From a virus, in UHGV virus genome UHGV-0241105: a DNA stretch of 43,019 nucleotides. One strand, written 5' to 3'. How positions within the stretch are numbered: the first letter of the stretch is position 1; each line of letters opens with the position of its first letter. The position numbers and the translations under genes were made by a program. Below are positions 1-7,986 of the stretch, piece after piece. The notes below the pieces were generated by a model. The model ran no database searches. It was not told the DNA's origin and saw only the letters and a program-made list of their open reading frames with translations.

Positions 1-321
1 GCATGGCTAAGGAATTTCGAGAGAAAGATTGAGGAGCGATACAAGGAAGAAACAAGTGATAAGAATCTCCACGAATCTGTCAAAAGAATAGAAAAGAGGC
101 TAGAGGAACTTGATGCTAATGCTTATGGAACACTCGCACTATTAAGATACAGACTAAAAGAAGAAGTATCACTCGCAATCTCAAGAGGCTATACAACAGC
201 TATAGAATATGAGGTACTCGCAGATATGCATAACGCATATAAAAACATGGGCGGAAATCATACTGTGTCACATATGTTCGAGGACTATGAGGAACTCGAT
301 ATAAGGAAAGGGGAAAAATAA
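1..321 (+). CDS. C-terminal part of lysis-module membrane protein (ORF starts at 42945 and crosses the circular junction)
   Basis: Frame 1 is open from base 1 (AWLRNFERK...AYKNMGGNHTV...KGEK*) to TAA 319-321, which overlaps the holin ATG. It joins in frame with 42945-43019. Confidence 0.8.
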   Translation, partial: AWLRNFERKIEERYKEETSDKNLHESVKRIEKRLEELDANAYGTLALLRYRLKEEVSLAISRGYTTAIEYEVLADMHNAYKNMGGNHTVSHMFEDYEELDIRKGEK

Positions 322-533
322 TGAACGAGAAACAAATCACATGGCTTAAGGCAGCAGGAATAAGAGCACTTAAGACACTAGCACAGACCGCAATCGCAAC
401 AATCGGAACAACAGCACTACTGACAGATGTTAATTGGTACGTTGTTTTGTCAGCTTCAGCACTTGCGGGACTACTGTCAATCTTAACATCAGTAGCAGGG
501 CTTCCTGAAGTGGATAAGAAAGAGGTGGAATAA
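321..533 (+). CDS. Holin (r1t-type)
   Basis: 70 aa; KAAGIRALKTLAQTAIATIG motif; hydrophobic helices; charged C-terminus; directly upstream of the endolysin. Confidence 0.9.
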   Translation: MNEKQITWLKAAGIRALKTLAQTAIATIGTTALLTDVNWYVVLSASALAGLLSILTSVAGLPEVDKKEVE

Positions 534-1597
534 TGGCTAAATACGGAATTGATATAAGCACGTGGCAACCAAACTATCCATACTACAGAGCAAAGCAAGC
601 AGGTGTAGAGTTTGCTATTATAAGAGCTGGATATGCTCGTACAAAGGACAATCAATTTGAAAATCACTATGCTAACTTAAAGGCACTAGGTATGGGCGTT
701 GGTGCGTACTGGTACTCATACGCTTACTCAGCAGAGCAGGCAAGGCAGGAAGCACTGACTTTCCTGCAGATTCTTTCAGGAAAGCAGTTTGACTATCCAG
801 TATATTTAGATCTTGAAGACCCATCTCAAAGAGGGCTCGGCAGAAGTGTGCTTGATTCTATTGTAGAGGCTTTTTGTTCAACGGTAGAAAAAGCAGGGTA
901 CTATGTAGGAGTTTACAGCAACGTTGACTGGTACAATAATGTAATATCTGGACGCACTCTAAATCAAAAATATGATTTTTGGATTGCTTCGTGGGGTACA
1001 AAAAAGCCTGCAGGCATCAATGCTGGCATGTGGCAGTTTGGTGGTAGCGTCAACCTCATAAAGTCTCCACAGATAGCAGGAGTCACTACTGACCAAAATT
1101 ATGCTTACCTTGACTATCCGTCTATCATAAAGAGCAAAGGACTTAACGGCTATGGTAAGGGTGCAGCTTCGATCAAACCGCAAGCAACACCAATTAATCC
1201 CGTTGTTAGCCACTCGCCTTCACTTATAAAAGCAGGCGATACGGTGCAGGTAGTCAATCCTGTGACTTATACAGGACAGCCTTTTACAGCATACTACTCC
1301 ACATACGATGTCATCGAGGTCAAAGGCGATAGGGTAGTCATCGGAAGAGGCTCGACAGTAACTGCAGCCGTGCATGCTGGAAACTTAGCAAAGATTGGAG
1401 CACATTCTTCTAGCGGGCAGCTTAGAGTTGGCGACAAGGTTAAAGTCTTGCAAGGCATACAGTATAGCGGACAGCCTTTCACGGTATACTACAGCGACTA
1501 TGATGTAATCGAGATAAGCGGTAGCAGAGTGGTCATAGGCAAGGGCAAAGTAGTAACCGCAGCGGTAAATATACGAAATTTACAGAAATTATCATAA
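533..1597 (+). CDS. Endolysin, GH25 muramidase with two C-terminal repeat cell-wall-binding domains
   Basis: GIDISTWQ, YLDLED and WQF...D.N motifs of GH25; two ~55-aa repeats (GDTVQV..YTGQPFT.YYS.YDVIE..G.RVVIG.G..VTAAV). Confidence 0.93.
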   Translation: MAKYGIDISTWQPNYPYYRAKQAGVEFAIIRAGYARTKDNQFENHYANLKALGMGVGAYWYSYAYSAEQARQEALTFLQILSGKQFDYPVYLDLEDPSQRGLGRSVLDSIVEAFCSTVEKAGYYVGVYSNVDWYNNVISGRTLNQKYDFWIASWGTKKPAGINAGMWQFGGSVNLIKSPQIAGVTTDQNYAYLDYPSIIKSKGLNGYGKGAASIKPQATPINPVVSHSPSLIKAGDTVQVVNPVTYTGQPFTAYYSTYDVIEVKGDRVVIGRGSTVTAAVHAGNLAKIGAHSSSGQLRVGDKVKVLQGIQYSGQPFTVYYSDYDVIEISGSRVVIGKGKVVTAAVNIRNLQKLS

Positions 1598-1608
1598 ATC
1601 TCCTTTTT

Positions 1609-1638
1609 TCTCCCCTTAACTGGGGAGTTTTTTATTTT
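1609..1638 (+). terminator. Intrinsic terminator after endolysin
   Basis: CTCCCC-ttaact-GGGGAG followed by a T-tract. Confidence 0.8.
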
Positions 1639-1792
1639 GCAAGTTACTATATATCCAATTAAATGTATAAAAAATTTTATTCTGGAATCAAAAATCTAAC
1701 CAAAGGGTAAATCAGGGGGTAACCCACCTAAGGGGCATTTAGGGAACTTTTGGGAACTTTTCGAGCATAATTTTTGGAGAGGAAAGAGAAAT

Positions 1793-1839
1793 AAAAAACC
1801 CTTGAGATATTGGAAAATCCAATGTTTTCAAAGGTTTTT
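1793..1839 (-). terminator. Terminator-like hairpin downstream of the attP tRNA fragment
   Basis: Imperfect inverted repeat AAAACC-CTTGAGATATTGGA / TCCAATGTTTTCAA-AGGTTTT with a T-tract on the minus strand; positioned to terminate the reconstituted tRNA after integration. Confidence 0.65.
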
Positions 1840-1844
1840 AAGAT

Positions 1845-1889
1845 TGGTATCGCCTAGGGGAGTCGAACCCCTGACTCAGCCGTGAGAGG
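1845..1889 (-). other. attP: attP core: 3' half of tRNA-Glu(CTC)
   Basis: Minus strand reads CC-CT-CTC-AC-GGCTG-AGTC-AGGGG-TTCGACT-CCCCT-AGGCGAT-A-CCA: anticodon loop, T-arm, acceptor 3' strand and CCA. The 5' half is absent. Lies ~100 bp downstream of the integrase. Confidence 0.9.
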
Positions 1890-1991
1890 GAAAAGAGGTA
1901 GGGGTAAATTCCAATGGTTACAAGATGGGGTGAATCGCTGGGTAACGCACAACTGTACCTTTGGGGCTACAGCCGGGGTTCGTATTTCATA

Positions 1992-3047
1992 TTACTCGCT
2001 TGTATAATTATTCATGAAATCGGGGCTTCTATGGTTTTCTAGGGCTACAGCAGCTCTCCTTAAATCCTCATCACCTACATGAGTGTATATGTTTGCAGTA
2101 GTTGTGATAGAAGCATGACCCATGAGCTTTTGGGCGATTCTTATATCAACTCCTGCCTTTGCTAGGTCGGTGCAGAACGTATGCCTTAGGCAGTATGGCA
2201 CGAGGTCGCTTGCTATCGGATAAGGCGGCACAAGCTCGTTTCTATATACCTTGCACCCTGCGATGATGTTTAGCTGCCGTCTAAAACTATCCCAGAGGTT
2301 TCGTCTCCCTGTTTCGTCAAACTTCTTGCCAGCACGATTTTTAAAAACATATTCCCCTTGCTTTAATTCTAATTCTGATGATAGATGTAGGGGGATAGGC
2401 ACTTTTCTGGAGGCATTCTTTGTTTTAGTACCACGAACCATTATCATGCCGTCTTTTATATCATCTCCCTTGAGTTCTGCGACTTCGGACGGTCTAAGTC
2501 CACAGTAGAGCATAACTTCAAAGAACTTGTATCTATATTCAAGTTTCGTTGTTTCTAGGACATACGCTCTCTCTTTATCTGTTACAGAACGTCTAGTGGT
2601 TTTAGTACCACGTGGTATGACTAGGTATCTTGCTGGGTTTTCTAAAATCAGTTTATTTTCAACAGCCTTATCAAAGATAGCAGTCATGCCTTGCTTAATT
2701 TTTCTGATATAGTCTGCGGAGTAGCCGTCAAGGTCGTTCAGTACCATCTGGCAGTGTATCGGCTTGATTGTTTGTAGTGGCATTTGTCCAAGCCTTGAGA
2801 TCAACTGTTTTTCTATCTTATACTTCCAGTTCTTTAGAGTGATTTCTTTACAGTTTACCTTGTAGGTATCGAGGTAGATTTCATACCAAGAGGCGAGTTT
2901 CATACTACTGTTTACAACAGTTTGACCTTGCTCAAGCTCCATTTTACGTCTTTCAGACTTCCTTATAAGTTCTGCCTCGGAATCAGCATATACTTGGTAT
3001 CGCCTGCCATCGAACGTAAAAGACGTTTTAAATTTATATTTTTTCAT
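1992..3047 (-). CDS. int: Tyrosine integrase
   Basis: Catalytic motifs GLRPSE, LRHT and LMGHAS...IYTH; N-terminal arm-binding and SAM-like regions; AGGAGG RBS. Confidence 0.96.
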   Translation of the reverse strand: MKKYKFKTSFTFDGRRYQVYADSEAELIRKSERRKMELEQGQTVVNSSMKLASWYEIYLDTYKVNCKEITLKNWKYKIEKQLISRLGQMPLQTIKPIHCQMVLNDLDGYSADYIRKIKQGMTAIFDKAVENKLILENPARYLVIPRGTKTTRRSVTDKERAYVLETTKLEYRYKFFEVMLYCGLRPSEVAELKGDDIKDGMIMVRGTKTKNASRKVPIPLHLSSELELKQGEYVFKNRAGKKFDETGRRNLWDSFRRQLNIIAGCKVYRNELVPPYPIASDLVPYCLRHTFCTDLAKAGVDIRIAQKLMGHASITTTANIYTHVGDEDLRRAAVALENHRSPDFMNNYTSE

Positions 3048-3080
3048 TAAAAAAGCACCTCCTTATTTGACAGGGAATGG

Positions 3081-3113
3081 AAAAAGACTCTGCCAAGTTG
3101 ACAGAGTCTTTTT
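3081..3113 (-). terminator. Bidirectional intrinsic terminator between the PemK-like gene and int
   Basis: AAAAAGACTCTG...CAGAGTCTTTTT inverted repeat with A- and T-tracts on both sides. Confidence 0.85.
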
Positions 3114-3165
3114 ACTAGATCTTCTTTAATGCCCTATAGGCAAGATTGTGAAAGTTCAATTCACA
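3081..3165 (-). ncRNA. Putative ~85-nt structured small RNA
   Basis: Bounded by a consensus promoter (3171-3199) and a terminator (3081-3113). Contains hairpins TTGTGAA/TTCACAA and TGCC-TATAG-GGCA. No RBS-led ORF seen. Confidence 0.55.
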
Positions 3166-3170
3166 AATTC

Positions 3171-3199
3171 ATTATATCTCCGTTTGAGACAAATGTCAA
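3171..3199 (-). promoter_or_regulatory. Consensus sigma-A promoter
   Basis: Minus strand TTGACA-N17-TATAAT. Confidence 0.85.
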
Positions 3200-3238
3200 A
3201 TTTATTTTGAATCGCTATATGAATAATTGATCGTTGTG

Positions 3239-3994
3239 CTATTTTATATACATTGATTTTATTTTATCATTTATCTTATCCATAGCAGTAGGGGATAATT
3301 TAATGTTATATAAAAAATCTGTTGATTTTTTTGGCACATATATTCTTTGCTTACTAACTGTTGTAATTTGATTAACAATTGCCATACTTCCATCTTTCAT
3401 TCTGCTAATCTCTTTAGCATATTTTTTCAATAGTGATAAATCATCTAATGCCTCTTTATGCTTGTTTGCAAGATCGAGCACATCTTTTGAAGACACTTCG
3501 GATGGGAGGAGTTCATTATATAGTTTTAGTAATCTGCCAATTTCGTTAGACATAGCCTCTAATTTTACTGTAAGCTTTTCGCTCTGATCCTTTACTTTAT
3601 AGAACAGTTCAGAACCCAAATCGACATTATTAGGATGTATCTTTTTACCGTCGGTTGAAGATAGTGGTATAACTGTAATAACATGTGAAGATCTATTGTT
3701 TTTATTGTCCAAAACAACTGCATAGTGTAGACCACCAAATTCTTTGCCAACTCTAAAACCAAAATTAACTCTTATAACATCTCCACGAGAATATCTAATT
3801 AGTTTATTGGGATTAAAAGATTCTTCACGATATATGTAATCTGAAAACGACTTAATCCAGTATGAAACTAAATCGGATTTTTTAAGAAGCTTGTCCGTTT
3901 TAGAGTGTATCATTTCTGTTAATAATAAATCTAACTTTTGTATTGCTTCATCCTTGTTTTGTGTTACATTTTTTGAATTTCTTTTCCTTGACAT
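3239..3994 (-). CDS. PemK/MazF-family endoribonuclease-like protein with helical insertion
   Basis: YSRGDVIRVNFG..VGKEFGGLHYAVVL...ITVIPLSS and QITTVSKQRI match the PemK-like fold pattern. No adjacent protein antitoxin recognised. Confidence 0.8.
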   Translation of the reverse strand: MSRKRNSKNVTQNKDEAIQKLDLLLTEMIHSKTDKLLKKSDLVSYWIKSFSDYIYREESFNPNKLIRYSRGDVIRVNFGFRVGKEFGGLHYAVVLDNKNNRSSHVITVIPLSSTDGKKIHPNNVDLGSELFYKVKDQSEKLTVKLEAMSNEIGRLLKLYNELLPSEVSSKDVLDLANKHKEALDDLSLLKKYAKEISRMKDGSMAIVNQITTVSKQRIYVPKKSTDFLYNIKLSPTAMDKINDKIKSMYIK

Positions 3995-4096
3995 TTGTTA
4001 AAACCTCTCAAAGTAAATAATACACTCACGATTATTTTACTTATTCTGGCTAATTTAAGCCGTTTGCTCTAGTCCGTTCACACGATTAACTCACGA

Positions 4097-4210
4097 TTAT
4101 TTATATGAATAAATAATCCCATCAATAGCATCATCAAAAACCTTGCGATTTCCCTTAATTATGAGCACAGATAAAACAATAATAATTGCAATTATAATAA
4201 GTCCTAGCAT
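4097..4210 (-). CDS. 37-aa single-pass membrane peptide (not in ORF track)
   Basis: GAGGGGG RBS, then MLGLIIIAIIIVLSVLIIKGNRKVFDDAIDGIIYSYK*; starts 11 bp after the cI stop. Confidence 0.6.
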   Translation of the reverse strand: MLGLIIIAIIIVLSVLIIKGNRKVFDDAIDGIIYSYK

Positions 4211-4221
4211 ATTAACCCCCT

Positions 4222-4881
4222 CTAATACTTTTGCCTATTTTCAATGACTTTTCCAATAATTGTTACAGGAAGCATTTCAATTTCTTTTTTATTAAAGAAC
4301 ATAGGTGTATATGATGGATTGAAAGATTGTAACGTGATCCCATCATCATGCTTAATGAATCGCTTACAGCAAGCGTCGTCGCCGTTTACCATAGCAATAA
4401 CTACATCACCCGTATCAGCGGTTGACTGCATTTTTACGATAACTACATCGCCTGCAACAATCCTAGGCTCCATGCTATCACCTTTAATCTTTAGTGCGAA
4501 AAATTCACCTGTTTCGGCAAGCTCAGGAGTTATTTCCTCCCAGTCAAGGTATTCCTCAACTGCGTCTATCGGAACACCAGCAACGACTTCGCCTAAAACA
4601 GGGATTCTGACACCAACTGGCGAGGAAGATTTATCACGACTAATATTTATGAGCTGATTACCATCCACAACCTCTACTATTTGATTGACAGATAAACCCA
4701 AAACTTGGGATATTTTCTGGACTGTGGATATAGATGGTACAATCTTTTTATTATTTTGAGGGTGGACACCCTTTTCCAGCATTGAAACATAACCTTTGCT
4801 TAAGCCAGCATGATCAGCAAACTCTTGCATAGTCATATTATTTTTTATTCTAAATGATTTTATCAATACCCCTAGTTTCAT
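4222..4881 (-). CDS. cI: CI-like repressor (XRE HTH plus S24 autopeptidase)
   Basis: N-terminal HTH; VVAG cleavage site; GDSM catalytic Ser; KR catalytic Lys. Confidence 0.95.
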   Translation of the reverse strand: MKLGVLIKSFRIKNNMTMQEFADHAGLSKGYVSMLEKGVHPQNNKKIVPSISTVQKISQVLGLSVNQIVEVVDGNQLINISRDKSSSPVGVRIPVLGEVVAGVPIDAVEEYLDWEEITPELAETGEFFALKIKGDSMEPRIVAGDVVIVKMQSTADTGDVVIAMVNGDDACCKRFIKHDDGITLQSFNPSYTPMFFNKKEIEMLPVTIIGKVIENRQKY

Positions 4882-4899
4882 TTTATTTTCCTCCTATAT

Positions 4900-4991
4900 G
4901 TTTATTATAATACACAAGCAATCAGCAATCAAGAAAAAGTTTACTAAAATTAACAAAAGCAGTTGACAATATATGTTTACTATAGTAAACT
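4900..4991. promoter_or_regulatory. Lysis-lysogeny switch: divergent promoters and three operators
   Basis: Leftward TTGATT-N17-TATAAT (4932-4904); rightward TTGACA-N17-TAAACT (4963-4991). Operators GTTTATTATAATACAC (4900), GTTTACTAAAATTAAC (4939) and the perfect palindrome GTTTACTATAGTAAAC (4975). Confidence 0.8.
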
Positions 4992-5012
4992 ATGAGCTGA
5001 AAGGAGGACAGC

Positions 5013-5204
5013 ATGGAAACCAAGATAAAAGAATTTAGAAGAGAACAAAATCTAACACAAGCTGAACTATCAGTAAAATCAAATGTTTCACGGTCTATAA
5101 TTGCACAATTAGAGTCAGGAACACGAGAAGTCATTACAACTGATACTATGAAAAAAATTGCAAAAGCACTTAACAAATCCATAGAAGAAATTTTTTTACT
5201 CTAA
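5013..5204 (+). CDS. cro: Cro-like XRE HTH protein
   Basis: 63 aa; LTQAELS..SNVSRSIIAQLESG HTH; divergent from cI. Confidence 0.9.
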   Translation: METKIKEFRREQNLTQAELSVKSNVSRSIIAQLESGTREVITTDTMKKIAKALNKSIEEIFLL

Positions 5205-5206
5205 AA

Positions 5207-5222
5207 GTTTACTAAAGAAAAC
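5207..5222. promoter_or_regulatory. Fourth operator-like site downstream of cro
   Basis: GTTTACTAAAGAAAAC matches the switch operator consensus. Confidence 0.65.
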
Positions 5223-5239
5223 ATAAAAGGAGTGACGCT

Positions 5240-5446
5240 ATGACAAAGACACAAATTAAAAAAAATCTAGAGAAAAAAACCGAAGCGATGGTCATAACTG
5301 CACCGATGGTCGCAGACGCTATGAAGATGAGAAGGTCCGAAGCATATGCACTATGCGAGGGCTGCAACTACGAGAAGCGAGGTAGGAACAAACTTTACTA
5401 CATAGATGATGTAGCAGAGAGGCTTGCCAAGCGGATGATGGTTTGA
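5240..5446 (+). CDS. Small basic protein, possible excisionase-like DNA-binding protein
   Basis: AGGAG RBS; basic; typical position after cro. Confidence 0.45.
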   Translation: MTKTQIKKNLEKKTEAMVITAPMVADAMKMRRSEAYALCEGCNYEKRGRNKLYYIDDVAERLAKRMMV

Positions 5447-5459
5447 AGGGAGAATAGAA

Positions 5460-5672
5460 ATGAAAGAGGACAAGAAAAAAATTTGTAAACAATTACTACC
5501 TGTATTACAAGCAACAAGTGACTTTTGGAATCTTATAAGTCTTGAGTACAGCGATTCCGAAAATGGAGAGATTGTAACGGCAACATTCTTAAACGGTGCG
5601 ACAAAAACAGCCAATGTTAACTTCGACTCAGGAGCGGCGATGATTTTAGACATTATAAAACAAATACGTTGA
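5460..5672 (+). CDS. Hypothetical phage protein
   Basis: RBS-like GGGAGA; tightly packed ORF. Confidence 0.65.
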   Translation: MKEDKKKICKQLLPVLQATSDFWNLISLEYSDSENGEIVTATFLNGATKTANVNFDSGAAMILDIIKQIR

Positions 5673-5681
5673 GGAAAAAGC

Positions 5682-6208
5682 ATGAAAAAGAAAAAACACA
5701 GATTGAAAGAGTTCGGACTTGCATGGCTTGCTATAAGGGTTATCCCAACACTACTATTTTTCTATCTTATCTATATCACGCTTTTTATGCTAGCCCCACA
5801 GTAACAACTGATAAGAGGGCAGAGGATAGATTACTGATAGTCAAGACGGTACAAGCCGAAAAGCCAAAACAGAAAGATTACATAGAGGAAACTGCTGAAA
5901 GTTATAGCATATCGCCTAAACTTGTCAAAGCGATAATCGAGGTTGAATCTGGCGGTGATGCCAATGCGGTTGGTGATGATGGCAACAGCGTAGGGCTTAT
6001 GCAGATTCAGCCAAGATACCACGCACAAAGACTAAAAGAGGGCGAAAGCCTACTTGACCCAAAAGTAAATGTTCGGGTAGGTTGCGAGATACTATCAGAG
6101 ATTATGACTAAGTATGGCACGCTAGACGAAATCTTGACGGTATACAATGCAGGGCACGACACAGGCGATAGAAGTTACGCAAATAGAGTTTATGAGGAGA
6201 TGATGTGA
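5682..6208 (+). pseudogene. Membrane-anchored lytic transglycosylase (SLT domain), frameshifted near 5782-5786
   Basis: SLT motifs IEVESGG, GLMQI and YNAG lie in the 5669-6208 frame. The RBS-led ATG 5682 encodes a basic plus TM N-terminus in another frame that stops at 5802-5804. Confidence 0.7.
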
Positions 6209-6480
6209 TGATTACCGAAACAAAACTTAGAGATTTAGGATTTCGAGAAACAACATTAAATGGTGAGAAATGCTTTTATATTCAGCTTAGAAGGAATCAA
6301 GATAGACGACCGCACAGCGTACGATGGTACGCAGATGAGCCTAAAACCTTTTATATTGATTGTGATTATCTATCTGGATCAGAAACGATTTCTGAAGAAC
6401 AGTTTTTACTTAATTACAATAATTTAGCGAGTAGTGCGGTTCAACACTACAAGGAAATTATGGAGAAGTTAAATGTGTAA
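6205..6480 (+). CDS. Hypothetical phage protein
   Basis: Start overlaps upstream stop; GAGGAG RBS. Confidence 0.65.
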   Translation: MMITETKLRDLGFRETTLNGEKCFYIQLRRNQDRRPHSVRWYADEPKTFYIDCDYLSGSETISEEQFLLNYNNLASSAVQHYKEIMEKLNV

Positions 6481-6546
6481 ATGAGGAGTTGAGTAAAACG
6501 CAGTAGAGTTGAGTAGAACGAGCTTGAATATAAAAAGGGAGATGAA

Positions 6547-6699
6547 ATGATAACAGGCATTGGATATTTAATAGCGAAACACATTATAGGGAGAGTTCTA
6601 AAGATAAGGTACAAACTCTCACAACCACAGGTTCGAAGAATATTACATGAAATTGATAAAGCAATGATAAGAGAACTAAAGAAGGAGATGATGAAATGA
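6547..6699 (+). CDS. Hypothetical 50-aa protein (not in ORF track)
   Basis: GGGAG RBS; MITGIGYLIAKH...KKEMMK*; ATGA overlap with the next ORF. Confidence 0.55.
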   Translation: MITGIGYLIAKHIIGRVLKIRYKLSQPQVRRILHEIDKAMIRELKKEMMK

Positions 6700-6983
6700 A
6701 GACATTGGAAAATATAGCAAAAGTGCTACAAGATAACATGTCTTTAGAGCAAGCAAATATTTCACCATATGGCGATGGCATGTACTACTTTGTGCACATC
6801 AAAGAAAACGATTTTTCTTTCTCAAAAAGCCGTGGCGAAGATACTGAAACTTTTGCAGCTTTATACAAAGGTGAGATTGAAGATGACAGTTACGACTGGG
6901 AGACACTTGATAACGAGGACTTTAAGGCAGCTTGTGAAGACTTACTAGAGCAAGTTAATGGCTACATTAGGGGGATGAAATGA
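6696..6983 (+). CDS. Hypothetical acidic protein
   Basis: AAGGAG RBS; coupled ORF. Confidence 0.65.
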   Translation: MKTLENIAKVLQDNMSLEQANISPYGDGMYYFVHIKENDFSFSKSRGEDTETFAALYKGEIEDDSYDWETLDNEDFKAACEDLLEQVNGYIRGMK

Positions 6984-7387
6984 CAAGCAATAGGAAATTA
7001 GGTAATGATTTTGAATCAGAATTTTGTGAGATTCTTGCTGAGAATGGTTATTGGGTTCATAACTTTGCTCTTAAAAAGTCAGGACAACCAGCTGACGTTA
7101 TAGCTGTTAAAAAAGGAAATGCTTACCTTGTTGATTGCAAAGTATGTGAGAATGACAAGTTTCCGTTTTCAAGAATCGAGGAAAACCAAGAACTGTCAAT
7201 GAAACTTTGGGAAGATTGTGATAATGGTCGAGGATGGTTTGCACTTAAAACAAGTAAAGGAATTTATATGTTGAGCCACTTTTTTACTGATGACGACTAT
7301 GATGTTGGTTTTTCGAGTTGTACCAGAAAATCACTTAATCTATCTGAGATTGAAGAAAAGGCATACAAATTGGAGGAATGGATATAG
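6980..7387 (+). CDS. Holliday-junction resolvase-like PD-(D/E)xK nuclease
   Basis: G..FE, PADVIAVK and LVDCK motifs of Hjc-like nucleases. Confidence 0.8.
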   Translation: MTSNRKLGNDFESEFCEILAENGYWVHNFALKKSGQPADVIAVKKGNAYLVDCKVCENDKFPFSRIEENQELSMKLWEDCDNGRGWFALKTSKGIYMLSHFFTDDDYDVGFSSCTRKSLNLSEIEEKAYKLEEWI

Positions 7388-7986
7388 TGGATTGGATAGG
7401 AAACAATAAAGCCCCATTCGCTTGCAACGGTGCGAGCAATCACTCAGAGCAAGAGCGAGAACAACACGACTTCTATGCAACAGATCCAAGAGCCGTTGAG
7501 ATGTTACTGGAACTTGAAGAGTTCGGCAACCCAATATGGGAACCTGCTTGTGGTGAGGGTCATATATGTAAAGTTTTAGAAAATCACAATTATACAGTTG
7601 TATCTTCAGACATAATTGATAGAGGTTACGAATGGGGATATAAGTTAGATTTTCTAAAATACGATGGTAGATGGGATGGAGATATCATCACTAATCCGCC
7701 ATATAAATATGCGAAAGAGTTCGTAGAAAAAGCACTTGAGGTTGTAACAGATAGACACAAAGTAGCGATGTTCCTGAAACTAACATTTCTGGAGAGTAAG
7801 AAGAGACGAGAACTATTTGATAAGTACCCACCGAAAGTCATCTATGTCGCATCGAGCCGACTACAGTGTGCCAGAAACGGTGATTTTGGAAAGTATAAAA
7901 ATGGCGTCGGTATGGCAGTCGCATATGCTTGGTTTGTTTGGGAAAAGGGTTTTAAGGGTGAACCGATAGTGAGGTGGTTTAATTGA
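7378..7986 (+). CDS. Orphan amino (likely N6-adenine) DNA methyltransferase
   Basis: DFYAT, WEPACGEG (motif I) and ITNPPY (motif IV). Confidence 0.88.
   Translation: MDIVDWIGNNKAPFACNGASNHSEQEREQHDFYATDPRAVEMLLELEEFGNPIWEPACGEGHICKVLENHNYTVVSSDIIDRGYEWGYKLDFLKYDGRWDGDIITNPPYKYAKEFVEKALEVVTDRHKVAMFLKLTFLESKKRRELFDKYPPKVIYVASSRLQCARNGDFGKYKNGVGMAVAYAWFVWEKGFKGEPIVRWFN

Noticed and set aside
200..667. 155-aa minus-strand ORF, and similar antisense ORFs such as 25858-26448, 4244-4657 and 42538-42981
   Set aside because: They overlap well-supported genes on the opposite strand; treated as shadows.
1845..1889. Complete tRNA gene
   Set aside because: The D-arm and 5' acceptor strand are missing; it is an attP fragment.
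6486..6521. Tandem GAGTTGAGTA(A/G)AACG repeat
   Set aside because: Two short copies in a small gap with no supportable function.
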